Source: an uncultured Methanoregula sp. (GTDB lineage: Archaea; Halobacteriota; Methanomicrobia; Methanomicrobiales; Methanospirillaceae). Taken from it: 64,000 nucleotides of DNA. The DNA is taken from contig CAZNIL010000003.1 in NCBI GenBank assembly GCA_964573085.1, positions 1,699 through 65,698 on the forward strand, written 5' to 3'. A program made the translations under genes and the position numbers. Of the stretch, positions 19,600 through 28,753 are shown in pieces. The notes beneath the pieces were generated by a model. The model ran no database searches, was not told the origin of the DNA, and saw only the letters and a program-made list of their open reading frames with translations. Each line of letters begins with the position of its first letter. Positions within the stretch are counted from its first letter, which is position 1.

Positions 19600-20133
19600 G
19601 TGCAAGAACTCATCACTGCTATGAAAAAACCGGTTATGATCCTGCCAGTCCTTCTTGTGCTCGCCGTCTTTTTCGCCGGCTGCACAACCCAGCCCGGACC
19701 TGCAACGACCCCTGCCCCCGCAGCCACTCCTGCCGCAACGCAGCCGGCAGGTACACCCGCCGTTGCCGCCCGGTCCTTGACCGGGACGGCGTGGAAGCTG
19801 GGCTGGTACGATGACACCAAGGGGGTAAGGTCATCGGTCATCTAGGGGAGTACGATCATGGCGACCTTCACGCAGGGCGGCACGATCGACGGCTCCAACG
19901 GGTGCACCCCATACACGACGGAGTACCAACTCATCGGGACCTCGGGGGCGATCTCCATCCGCCGGCCTGCTGTCCCGGCGACCACCTGTTCCGAACCAAC
20001 CGGGGTCATGAACCAGCAGTCGGCATACTACACCGATCTCATGTGGTCTGAGAAGTTCGTCATTGAGAACAACCAGCTGAGGATGTTCGACAGGACAGGA
20101 AAAAAGATCCTGCAGTTCGATTCCATGCCGTGA
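19600..20133 (+). pseudogene. META-domain (HslJ-like) lipoprotein gene interrupted by one in-frame TAG at 19843-19845
   Basis: ORFs 19600..19845 and 19858..20133 are in the same frame. There is a lipobox (LAVFFAGC) and a Pro/Thr/Ala linker. The META pattern LTGTAWKL...[TAG]...IMATFTQGGTIDGSNGCTPY...ATTCSEP...NQLRMFD spans the stop. Confidence 0.6.
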
Positions 20134-20225
20134 GGCATACCAAAATCCGCACTAAAAGTCCGGGACACCCCTGACCTTTTTTGCCACTTCTTTGTGCATA
20201 GTAGCGCCGGAACCTTAGACCAGCA

Positions 20226-20235
20226 TTATTATTAA
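20226..20235 (+). promoter_or_regulatory. Candidate TATA box for the tRNA-Val gene
   Basis: TTATTATTAA is centred about 38 nt upstream of the mature tRNA 5' end. No other AT-rich element is nearby. Confidence 0.35.
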
Positions 20236-20268
20236 GAGCGGGCAGGGCAATAGAGATAGGAGTTTTTG

Positions 20269-20340
20269 GGGCTCGTGGTCTAGCGGTATGACGTCGCCCT
20301 TACACGGCGGAGGTCGCCGGTTCGAATCCGGCCGGGCCCA
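20269..20340 (+). tRNA. tRNA-Val (anticodon UAC), 72 nt, CCA not encoded, no intron
   Basis: A manual cloverleaf fold works. The acceptor is GGGCTCG/CGGGCCC (one G-U pair) with discriminator A. The D-loop AGCGGTA contains GG. The anticodon stem is TCGCC/GGCGG with loop CT-TAC-AC. The T-arm is GCCGG-TTCGAAT-CCGGC. Confidence 0.9.
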
Positions 20341-20372
20341 TGATTCGAGTTTTCCTTTAAAAAATAATTCTC

Positions 20373-20942
20373 TTATTTTGCCGCTTCAATCCAGATAAGC
20401 CGGATCATAAAGGTCAGGTTCTGCCCGGCAAGCATGTGGTTCTGGTCAATAGTCACGGTGTCCTGCGTGACATTAATTACCTTCACAACGTTCACCGTGC
20501 CATCAGTTGGATTTCGAACTGAGTAATACATACCCACATCAGGAGGTGTGCCGGCGGGAAAGACTGACCGATTTACTGTAAGGATAAGATCGCTCTGGTA
20601 CTGCCCGTATGCCTTGTCGGTGGGGATGTGGACTGTTTTTACCTGTCCCTTGCTCATGCCAATGACTGCATCCTCAAAGCCATGGATCACCGTGTGGGAA
20701 CCAAGGGTGAATGAGAGCGGTGTTTTGTTCACGTTTGAATCAAAGACCGTCCCATTATCCAGCGTGCCGATGTAGAGGACAGAAACGGTATCCCCTGCCT
20801 TTGCACCCGCTGGATTGAGAACGAAAAACAGGATGATTGCAATGACTGCACAACCAGCTGCGACGGCAATCCCGTAAAGGACATAGTTCCGTTTGCGTGC
20901 CGCCGCCTTCTCCTTACCCCTCAGTTTCTCTGATCTCTTCAT
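20373..20942 (-). CDS. FKBP-type peptidyl-prolyl cis-trans isomerase, membrane-anchored
   Basis: N-terminal TM segment (YVLYGIAVAAGCAVIAIILFFVL), then GDTVSVLYIGTLDNGTVFDS...FTLGSHTVIHGFEDAVIGMSKG... Confidence 0.85.
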   Translation of the reverse strand: MKRSEKLRGKEKAAARKRNYVLYGIAVAAGCAVIAIILFFVLNPAGAKAGDTVSVLYIGTLDNGTVFDSNVNKTPLSFTLGSHTVIHGFEDAVIGMSKGQVKTVHIPTDKAYGQYQSDLILTVNRSVFPAGTPPDVGMYYSVRNPTDGTVNVVKVINVTQDTVTIDQNHMLAGQNLTFMIRLIWIEAAK

Positions 20943-21089
20943 CCCAATAATTTACGCAGTTCACAAATAAGGCTCTTGCAGTTGAGCAGGGCAGGAGAAG
21001 AGTGGGGGGATGAATCCGGTACCGGTCTTTATACCGTTCTTGGAAGGGGAAAAATTAATGGAGAGGATTTTTAAAAAAGGTTACTAGGT

Positions 21090-22868
21090 TCACCCGATCC
21101 CGAGTTCTTTTAGTTTTTCCTTGGTCGGTCTTCCTTCCTTATCCCATCCCCGCACGGCATAATACTCCGGCAGCAACTCTTCCCGGTGCCACACCTGCCC
21201 TTTCGGTGCGCCGTCCTTGAGCGGCTCTTTCAGCATCCGGGGTGGGAGGGTGTCATCATCTCGACCAAACCCGGCCCTGATATTGAAGATCTTCTGCAGG
21301 TTCCAGATCCGCTCGCCGACCTGCAGGAACTCCCGCTCATCTAGGGTCCAACCGGTGAGCGCGGAGACCATTGCTGCATAATCGGCAGCGCCGATCACCC
21401 TTCCCCCAAACAAGCACATACCTGACGCGTCAACGGCTGCGGCATGATCCTGCATAGTCTTGGTCCACTGCGCTTTTCCCTGAGTGACAAAGGGATCGAG
21501 TTTTACCGGCACCCCCAGCAATTCCGGGTAGAGCATGTTCCCGTATACATGGCAAGCACCCCGCACTGATGTGGCATATTCGAGCCCCTGCCCCTGCAAC
21601 CCGCGAGGGTCATATGCAGGGAACTCAAGCTTCTTGGCGCTCATCGAGAGCTCCGGATGGCCGTACCGGGCGGCGAACCGGAATGACCCCTCCGCCATCT
21701 CATCACCGATACCGGCACGGTACGCGATCATGCGCACGAGGTTGACGATCGCATCTTTATCACCATACCGGACGGTATAGGGCAGGTACCCTTTTTCGGA
21801 CAGTTCCATTGCGCAAGCAATCGTAACGCCGGTTGAGATCGTGTCGAGCCCAAGCTCGTTGCACAGGTTATTTGCCTTGATGATCGCCCCCAGATCAGAG
21901 ACCCCGCAGTCGGGTCCGAACGCCCAGATGGTTTCGTATTCAGGACCGCCACCGCGCTCCCCGTCGATCTCGCAATCCCTGCCGCACGCGACTGGACAGG
22001 AGTAGCATGCTTTTTTTCCTACAACATACGATTTTGCGAGCGCCTCACCCGATACGTTGTCAGCACCGGCAAACTGGTTTTTCTGGTGATTGTTCACCGG
22101 AAGGAGACCGTGGCTGTTGATGAGCTGGAGGAGCGCGGCCGTACCGAATTTGTTGAGACTTCCCGATGTCAGGCCCCCTGCTATCAGCCGTTCGCGTATC
22201 GATGTGACAACACCGGCAAAATGGACGGGGTCCGCCGCCACGGTGATGCCGGTCCCCCTCACGGCAACTGCCTTGAGCAGTTTCGAACCCATGACCGCAC
22301 CGGAGCCCCCGCGGGCAGCGGCCCTACTCTTCTCATTGATGATGGCAGCAACCAAGCATTGCCGTTCACCTGCCGGGCCGATACATGCCACTCGGATCGC
22401 AGGATCGCCCAGTGTATCCTGAACCGCTGTTGTGGTAGAACTCGTCGTTCTCCCCCAGAGCGTGGATGCATCCCGTATCTCTGCGGTCCCGTTGTTGATC
22501 CACAGATATACCGGGGCCTTTGCCTTACCCCTGATAACCACGGCATCAAATCCCGCCCGCTTCAGTTCGGTGCCAAAAAAACCTCCGCTGTTTGCACTGG
22601 AGAGTGTGCCGGTTAAAGGAGACTTCGTGACGACATCGTACCGCGAACCCATCGGCATTTTGCTGCCCGTCAGCAGTCCTGCGGCAAAGACCAGACAATT
22701 CTGGTCAGAGAGCGGATCAATGGTAGGATCAACGAGACCCGAGAATATTTTGACCCCAAAACCCCGGCCCCCGATAAATTTTCGCTTCCACTCTTCAGGG
22801 AGGCGTTGTATGTCGATCGACCCGGAGGTCAGGTCAACCGATAGAATCGAACCAGCATAACCGTCCAT
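21090..22868 (-). CDS. aor: Aldehyde:ferredoxin oxidoreductase (tungstopterin AOR family)
   Basis: 592 aa. MDGYAGSILSVDLTSG...RKFIGGRGFG... and the C-terminal AOR domains, including ...CYSCPVACGR.... Confidence 0.95.
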   Translation of the reverse strand: MDGYAGSILSVDLTSGSIDIQRLPEEWKRKFIGGRGFGVKIFSGLVDPTIDPLSDQNCLVFAAGLLTGSKMPMGSRYDVVTKSPLTGTLSSANSGGFFGTELKRAGFDAVVIRGKAKAPVYLWINNGTAEIRDASTLWGRTTSSTTTAVQDTLGDPAIRVACIGPAGERQCLVAAIINEKSRAAARGGSGAVMGSKLLKAVAVRGTGITVAADPVHFAGVVTSIRERLIAGGLTSGSLNKFGTAALLQLINSHGLLPVNNHQKNQFAGADNVSGEALAKSYVVGKKACYSCPVACGRDCEIDGERGGGPEYETIWAFGPDCGVSDLGAIIKANNLCNELGLDTISTGVTIACAMELSEKGYLPYTVRYGDKDAIVNLVRMIAYRAGIGDEMAEGSFRFAARYGHPELSMSAKKLEFPAYDPRGLQGQGLEYATSVRGACHVYGNMLYPELLGVPVKLDPFVTQGKAQWTKTMQDHAAAVDASGMCLFGGRVIGAADYAAMVSALTGWTLDEREFLQVGERIWNLQKIFNIRAGFGRDDDTLPPRMLKEPLKDGAPKGQVWHREELLPEYYAVRGWDKEGRPTKEKLKELGIG

Positions 22869-22926
22869 GGATATACCGGAACTATCACGATTGCACGGTA
22901 TTTATACATTAACAGCCCATTGTCTG

Positions 22927-23832
22927 ATGTTCATTATGGTAGAAGAAGAGGTTCGGGTCGCTGATGTGGCAGGAAAGAAGGTTCAGTGGGATCCGGAGCA
23001 GATGCGAAAGATCCAGGAGCATCCTTGCTTCTCCGAAAAGGCGTGCCATACCTTCGGCCGCTGCCACATACCCGTCGCACCTAATTGCAATATCCAGTGC
23101 AATTACTGCATCCGGGACTTTGACTGCGTGAATGAGAGCCGGCCCGGTGTTACGACAAAAGTGCTCAACCCCGATGAGTCTGTCGAGATGGTCAAAAAGG
23201 TGATGGCGAAATATAATTACATCAAAGTAATCGGTATCGCCGGGCCGGGTGAACCTCTGGCAAACGAAGAGACCATGGAAACGCTCCGCAGGTTGCATGA
23301 AGAGTTCCCGAACGTGATCAAGTGCATCAGCACGAACGGGCTCATGCTCCCGGAAAAAATTGACCTGCTGCAGAAATACGATGTAGGTAACATCACCGTT
23401 ACTCTCAATGCAATCGACCCCGAAATTGGCGCAAAGATCTACCAGTTTGTCGACTATAAAGGAAAACGGTATACCGGGATCGAGGCGGCAAAACTGCTGC
23501 TCGCCCAGCAGTTGAAGGGCATCCAGATGGCAGTCGAGCGCCACATTATCGTGAAGATCAATACCGTTTATATACCCGGCATTAATGAAAACCACATTCC
23601 CGCTATCGCAAAAAAAGTTGGCGAGATGGGGGTCTATACGTTCAACGTCATCCCGCTCATTGCCCAGTACAAGTTCGCAGACATCACCCCCCCGACTCCC
23701 GAGATGAAGAGGAAAATGCAGGATGAATGTTCAAAATATGTCAAGCAGATGAGGCACTGCCAGCGGTGCCGTGCCGATGCGATCGGAAAACTGGGCCACG
23801 ATGTCCAGTCGTGTATCTACGGAAAAAACTAA
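22927..23832 (+). CDS. NifB-like radical SAM protein
   Basis: ...HPCFSEKACHTFGRCHIPVAPNCNIQCNYCIRDFDCVNESRPGV... (CxxxCxxC radical-SAM cluster in NifB-type context). The start is ATG 22927 or 22936. TTTATACA at about 22903 could be the TATA box. Confidence 0.8.
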   Translation: MFIMVEEEVRVADVAGKKVQWDPEQMRKIQEHPCFSEKACHTFGRCHIPVAPNCNIQCNYCIRDFDCVNESRPGVTTKVLNPDESVEMVKKVMAKYNYIKVIGIAGPGEPLANEETMETLRRLHEEFPNVIKCISTNGLMLPEKIDLLQKYDVGNITVTLNAIDPEIGAKIYQFVDYKGKRYTGIEAAKLLLAQQLKGIQMAVERHIIVKINTVYIPGINENHIPAIAKKVGEMGVYTFNVIPLIAQYKFADITPPTPEMKRKMQDECSKYVKQMRHCQRCRADAIGKLGHDVQSCIYGKN

Positions 23833-23853
23833 AAACTATTTTTAAAATTCAAA

Positions 23854-24654
23854 TTAAACAGCAAGTTCGCCGCTCCAGATCGTAACAGCTTGCCCGCCAA
23901 GTTTCACCCGGTCACCTTCAACTCGTACGCGGACTTCCCCGCCCCGCTCTGATGCCTGGTACGCGATGAACTCCGATTGGTCAAGGTGGCGCTGCCAGAA
24001 CGGCGCAAGGCAGCAGTGTGCTGATCCGGTCACTGGATCCTCATTGATGCCCAGTGAAGGTGCAAAGAACCGGGACACAAAATCAAATCCGGACTTCTCT
24101 GCCCGGCTTGTCACGATGAACCCACGTGCCGGGATCTTTGCTAACATCCCAAAATCAGGTCGCATCTCCCGGACTACGGATTCGGATTCGACCTCTATGA
24201 GGTAATCGAACCGGTTCTTTCCCACATACAGGAGACGTACCCCCAGCGCCTCGAAAAGTCCATCGGGAACGGGCGCGGGGCTCTCCGGTTCAGCAGGAAA
24301 ATTGAGCCAGACTTGGGTGCCCCGTTTCTTTGCAGTAAGGATCCCGCTTTTTGTTGAGAACCTGATTGCGAGGTCTGGATCACAAAACCCCTGTTCCCAG
24401 AGAGCATGGGCACTTGCAAGCGTTCCATGCCCGCAGAGATTAACCTCAATACAGGGGGTGAACCAGCGCAGCCGGTATCCCTCCCCATGTGGAAACAGGA
24501 ACGCAGTCTCCGGAAGGTTCATCTCCCGCGCTACCTGCTGCATCCAGCCAGCATCCTTCCTTCCCTGGAGGATGCATACTCCCGCGGGGTTTCCCAAGAA
24601 TGGACGACCGGTGAACGCATCAACACAGGATATTCTGATCATGGCAGGGGCCAT
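23854..24654 (-). CDS. PhzF-family isomerase-like protein
   Basis: ...MIRISCVDAFTGRPFLGNPAGVC...EDPVTGSAHCCLAPFW... Confidence 0.85.
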   Translation of the reverse strand: MAPAMIRISCVDAFTGRPFLGNPAGVCILQGRKDAGWMQQVAREMNLPETAFLFPHGEGYRLRWFTPCIEVNLCGHGTLASAHALWEQGFCDPDLAIRFSTKSGILTAKKRGTQVWLNFPAEPESPAPVPDGLFEALGVRLLYVGKNRFDYLIEVESESVVREMRPDFGMLAKIPARGFIVTSRAEKSGFDFVSRFFAPSLGINEDPVTGSAHCCLAPFWQRHLDQSEFIAYQASERGGEVRVRVEGDRVKLGGQAVTIWSGELAV

Positions 24655-24698
24655 CCTATGGAATATTGAAGAGGGTATTGTAAATGAAGGGACTGGAG

Positions 24699-25199
24699 TT
24701 ATGCCTTAATCCCTGTATCTCTCACAATCCGGTTCATCTCATTCAGGATCGGGTCGAGACTGGGGGGGATTGCGGAATCTTCGGTTGTCACGGTTTTTCC
24801 ATGGTAGCTGACCGAATACTGGATCAGGTCGGCGCCACCACGAGGTGCAGGATAATTATTCTGGAGCATCGAGAACTGGGCCTTATTAAACAGATCTGAA
24901 ACCTTATTCATCTCTGAACTGTTCAGGACAATCTCCCTGCTCCCGGCTTTTGTGGCCACCACAGCCGCACCATTGTCAAATATTACGAGTCGGTCATCAA
25001 AACCTGCGATTCCCCCGGTGCGGTAATAATCCAAAAATACAGCGGGTGCCGCCTGTCGTGATACCGGAGGTGTCTTTACACCCAGACATCCTGCACTCGC
25101 AAGACAGAGAATTAGCAATCCAATGAATAATGCCAATATCGTACGCCTGATACGTATCCCTCCTATCGGAATATGTAGTTGTCGTGTTTCCGGAATCAA
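24699..25199 (-). CDS. Lipoprotein with emfourin-like (metallopeptidase-inhibitor family) domain, tentative
   Basis: Lipobox ...LASAGC. The pattern YYRTGGIAGFDDRLVIF...ADLIQYSVSYHGKTVTTEDSAIPPSLDPILNEMNRIV resembles the GGFAG...D..xY...lP..l signature of that family, from memory. Confidence 0.4.
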   Translation of the reverse strand: MIPETRQLHIPIGGIRIRRTILALFIGLLILCLASAGCLGVKTPPVSRQAAPAVFLDYYRTGGIAGFDDRLVIFDNGAAVVATKAGSREIVLNSSEMNKVSDLFNKAQFSMLQNNYPAPRGGADLIQYSVSYHGKTVTTEDSAIPPSLDPILNEMNRIVRDTGIKA

Positions 25200-25525
25200 A
25201 TCTGCAGCACATCCGGCTTTGCAGGTGCTGCTGCCATCCTGCGCTCCGGGAGGACATCCTCGAGAGCTTTTATGAGGTTGTCCACTTTTTCATTGTTAAA
25301 CGTCGCACGAAATGCTTTCAGCTCCATTGAGTTCATCAGCATGATGCCTTTCTTTTTCATGGGGAGCCCCTGGTCGTTGAGCGGGTTGATGTCAATTGCA
25401 AGTGACGCCGACCGGTTCTTGGTTTTGGGGAGGCGGATGATGGATACTCCCTTCACACTAGTCGGTTTGCGTTCCCAGTCCTGTCCCTCTTCAATGAATG
25501 TTTTCAGTTGTTCCGTCAATTCCAT
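25196..25525 (-). CDS. Hypothetical protein (109 aa), translationally coupled to 24699..25199
   Basis: A clean ORF with a 4-nt overlap with the downstream gene. No recognisable motif. Confidence 0.5.
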   Translation of the reverse strand: MELTEQLKTFIEEGQDWERKPTSVKGVSIIRLPKTKNRSASLAIDINPLNDQGLPMKKKGIMLMNSMELKAFRATFNNEKVDNLIKALEDVLPERRMAAAPAKPDVLQI

Positions 25526-25669
25526 GAAAAGAACTTATGATTTATATATTAAAAGGCTATTCGTTGCGATGTGAAGGTGCCGGGTGCCAACCCTGAAAAG
25601 AACCGGGTAGCGGGCCCTGTTGCATGGCAACTTCATGAACGCTAAATAGGTAAAAATTCGATCTGTATA

Positions 25670-26530
25670 GTGACTAAAACCATGCCGGTTCTTTCCCTAA
25701 CCCATAATGAGCCGTTCTCCCTTGACCTCACGCTCTCCTGCGGACAGGCGTTCCGGTGGGAGCGGGAAGCTGACGGGTGGTGGTATGGCGTTGTCGGAGA
25801 CCGGGTCATCAAGATCCGGCAGAAGAACGCACCCCTCACCTTTGAGGGCGCGTCTTCAGCTTTCATTAGGCACTATTTTTCCCTTGACACCGATCTAGAT
25901 GCGATCACCACGTCCTTTGACCGCGACCCGTTCATCCATGACGCGATTTCGGACTGCCGGGGCCTTCGCCTTGTACGCCAGCCGGCTTGGGAGTGCCTGA
26001 TCTCCTATATCTGCGCCACCAATTCCAACATCCCGATGATCAAAAGGAGGATTACAAATATTGCGAACACGTTTGGCAAACCCCTTGAATTTGAGGGGAG
26101 GGCTTTTCACGCGTTCCCGGATCACGCTTCACTTGCTTCTGCCTGCCCTTCCGCACTCTCCGAATGTAAACTGGGATACCGTTCATCGTATGTGCTCAAG
26201 ACCGCCTGCGATATCGAGGACGAGAAGGAATGGCACAATTCCATCGCTTCACTCTCCTATGAACAGGCACGCACGGCACTGATGAGACTGCAGGGTGTCG
26301 GGTTCAAGGCAGCAGACTGCATCCTCCTCTTTGCATTCCAGAGATACGAGGCGTTTCCTGTGGACGTCTGGATACGCCGCATCATGCGGGACCATTATAT
26401 CAAAACCCTGGGCTATGACTCATCCCTTACCGGTTGGGAGTATGACACGATCCGCAGGTTTGCAGCGAAGCATTTTGGAAGATATTGCGGCTATGCGCAG
26501 GAATACCTCTATGCCGCACGCGAAGGATGA
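25670..26530 (+). CDS. 8-oxoguanine DNA glycosylase / AP lyase (Ogg, HhH-GPD superfamily)
   Basis: It has an N-terminal OGG_N-like ...LDLTLSCGQAFRW.... The HhH motif is ...LMRLQGVGFKAADCILLFAF... followed by ...PVDVWIRR.... The start is GTG 25670 or ATG 25682. Confidence 0.8.
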   Translation: MTKTMPVLSLTHNEPFSLDLTLSCGQAFRWEREADGWWYGVVGDRVIKIRQKNAPLTFEGASSAFIRHYFSLDTDLDAITTSFDRDPFIHDAISDCRGLRLVRQPAWECLISYICATNSNIPMIKRRITNIANTFGKPLEFEGRAFHAFPDHASLASACPSALSECKLGYRSSYVLKTACDIEDEKEWHNSIASLSYEQARTALMRLQGVGFKAADCILLFAFQRYEAFPVDVWIRRIMRDHYIKTLGYDSSLTGWEYDTIRRFAAKHFGRYCGYAQEYLYAAREG

Positions 26531-26576
26531 AGAGAAATTTGTATTTTTTTAAATGTATTAATGATAATAAAAATGG

Positions 26577-27812
26577 CTACGTGCCGATATCCCAGCTGCA
26601 GAGATAGGTTCTCTGTTCTTTGCTTAACTCATCAATGGTGAGACCGAGCGATGAGAGTTTGAGGCGCGCCACCTGCTCATCGATCTCCTGCGGAACCTCA
26701 TAGACACCGCCGGAGAGTTCCCTGCCATTCTCCGCAATATACCGGGCGCAGAGGGCTTGCAATGCGAAGCTTAAGTCCATCACTTCAACCGGGTGCCCCA
26801 TGCCCTTAGGTGTGGCAAGGTTCACCAGCCTGCCCTCGGCAAGGACATGGATGGATTTCCCCTTGATTACAAACGTTTCGATGCCTTCGCGCTGGATGAC
26901 CTTGTCGGCATGCTCTGCAAGATAACCCATATCGATCTCGACATTGAAGTGGCCGGCATTGGAGAGGATTGCCCCATCCTTTAACTTTTTGAAATGGGGG
27001 GCGGCAATCACACCCATGTTCCCGGTCGTCGTGATGAAGATATCCCCGATTTCTGCGGCTTTGTCCATAGGCATCACTAGGAACCCATCCATGTGAGCCT
27101 CAAGCGCCCGTCGCGGGTCAACCTCGGTGACGATGACTTTTGCCCCAAGGCCGTGCGCTTTGCGCGCAAGTCCCCGCCCGCAGTAACCGTAGCCGGCAAC
27201 AACCACGTATTTTCCGGCGATAAGCGTGTTGGTCGTGATCATGATGGAGGAGAGTGCGCTCTCCCCGGTGCCGTGCACGTTGTCAAAGAATCGTTTCATG
27301 GGGGTATCATTGACCGCGATGACAGGAAACTCAAGCTTACCCTCTGCTGCCATCGCCCTGAGCCGGTGGATGCCGGTGGTTGTCTCTTCGCATCCCCCAA
27401 TGATGCTGCTGAGGAGGTCACGACGTTTTGTATGCAGGTAGTGGATCAGATCCATCCCGTCATCGATCGTGATCGTCGGGGACGCATCCAGCACCTTGTC
27501 AATTGCAGCATAATATTCCTCGACCGAACATGCACGCTTCGCATAACAGTGGACACCTTTGATATGGTTGAGTGCCCCTGCCACATCATCCTGTGTTGAG
27601 AGCGGGTTGCAACCGGTGATATGCACCTCAGCACCACCTGCTGTAAGGGTGGAGACAAGGTTTGCCGTCTTTGCTTCCACGTGGAGTGCCATTCCAACCG
27701 TCATACCGGCAAAGGGCTTCTTCAGCACAAACTGTTTTTTTATGGCGGCAAGCACCGGCATGAACTGCGCCGCCCATTCTATCTTCAATGCACCTGAACT
27801 CATAGATAGCAC
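26577..27812 (-). CDS. ahcY: Adenosylhomocysteinase
   Basis: 411 aa. ...EWAAQFMPVL...ITGCNPLSTQDDVA...VVVAGYGYCGRGLA... (NAD-binding GxGxxG). Confidence 0.95.
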   Translation of the reverse strand: MLSMSSGALKIEWAAQFMPVLAAIKKQFVLKKPFAGMTVGMALHVEAKTANLVSTLTAGGAEVHITGCNPLSTQDDVAGALNHIKGVHCYAKRACSVEEYYAAIDKVLDASPTITIDDGMDLIHYLHTKRRDLLSSIIGGCEETTTGIHRLRAMAAEGKLEFPVIAVNDTPMKRFFDNVHGTGESALSSIMITTNTLIAGKYVVVAGYGYCGRGLARKAHGLGAKVIVTEVDPRRALEAHMDGFLVMPMDKAAEIGDIFITTTGNMGVIAAPHFKKLKDGAILSNAGHFNVEIDMGYLAEHADKVIQREGIETFVIKGKSIHVLAEGRLVNLATPKGMGHPVEVMDLSFALQALCARYIAENGRELSGGVYEVPQEIDEQVARLKLSSLGLTIDELSKEQRTYLCSWDIGT

Positions 27813-27946
27813 CGCAAAGGCCAGGATTAAACGGTCCTGTCCCGAAAGTATCGTACCATATCAATGAGCACCCCACAGGACATAAAACTCGCCCTACGTG
27901 GGATGGGGAAAATTAGAAACGCCCCGCAGTCCCAGACTTAGAACAG

Positions 27947-28753
27947 ATGGTGCTTACACGGCGGATTATTCCCTGCCTTGACTTAAAAGACGGCAGGGTT
28001 GTGAAAGGCACGCATTTCCTCAAGCTCCGCGATGCCGGAGACCCGGTGGAACTTGCAGGGCGGTATAACGAGCAGGGAGCTGATGAGGTTGTCTTTCTGG
28101 ATATCACCGCTTCAAAGGAGAAGCGCGGCACGATTATTGACGTGGTCAAGCGCGCTGCAGACGAGCTCTTTCTTCCTCTTACGGTCGGCGGGGGTATCCG
28201 GTCTCTTGAAGATATCCAGCAGATCCTTCGGGCCGGTGCCGACAAAGTGAGCGTCAATACGAGCGCAGTCCACGATCCCTCCCTGATCACCAAGGGCGCG
28301 GAATCGTTTGGCACCCAGTGCATGGTCGTGGCAATGGACGTGCGCCGGAATTTCACGCCAAACCCGGAGGGGACACCCGTCATGCTTCATAACGGCGGAA
28401 CGTGCTGGTATGAGGTCGTGATCTACGGGGGAAGCAAACCAACAGGCATCGACGCGATCCGGTGGGCAAAGGAGGCAGAAGCAAGGGGAGCGGGAGAGAT
28501 CCTTCTTACAAGCATGGAGACAGACGGCACAAAAAAGGGCTTTGATATCGCGATCACCGCTGCAATCTCTGATTCTGCCGGCATCCCCGTCATCGCGAGC
28601 GGGGGTGTAGGCACCCTTGACCATTTTTACGAGGGCTTTACCGCAGGAAAAGCGGACGCCTGTCTTGCGGCGAGCGTCTTTCATTACGGCGAGTTCACGA
28701 TACGGGACGTCAAGGACTATCTTGCAGCCCGGGGTATCCCGGTACGGCCCTGA
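27947..28753 (+). CDS. hisF: Imidazole glycerol phosphate synthase, cyclase subunit
   Basis: [24 protein letters not shown]...[11 protein letters not shown]...GGGIRS... Confidence 0.95.
   Translation: MVLTRRIIPCLDLKDGRVVKGTHFLKLRDAGDPVELAGRYNEQGADEVVFLDITASKEKRGTIIDVVKRAADELFLPLTVGGGIRSLEDIQQILRAGADKVSVNTSAVHDPSLITKGAESFGTQCMVVAMDVRRNFTPNPEGTPVMLHNGGTCWYEVVIYGGSKPTGIDAIRWAKEAEARGAGEILLTSMETDGTKKGFDIAITAAISDSAGIPVIASGGVGTLDHFYEGFTAGKADACLAASVFHYGEFTIRDVKDYLAARGIPVRP

Noticed and set aside
19843-19845. Pyrrolysine or other amber recoding as an explanation for the in-frame TAGs at 19843 and 34542.
   Set aside because: TAG is used as an ordinary stop in this window, for example in the GT2 gene ending at 2008 and the nitrilase gene ending at 9188. 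No pyl genes are present. The gene content points to a lineage not known to use Pyl. Neither affected gene is a methylamine methyltransferase.
22867-22926. A NifB-like ORF start at 22867, which would overlap the AOR start codon in a divergent arrangement.
   Set aside because: It would leave no promoter space. The first 20 residues are not NifB-like. A TATA-like TTTATACA at about 22903 fits a start at ATG 22927/22936.
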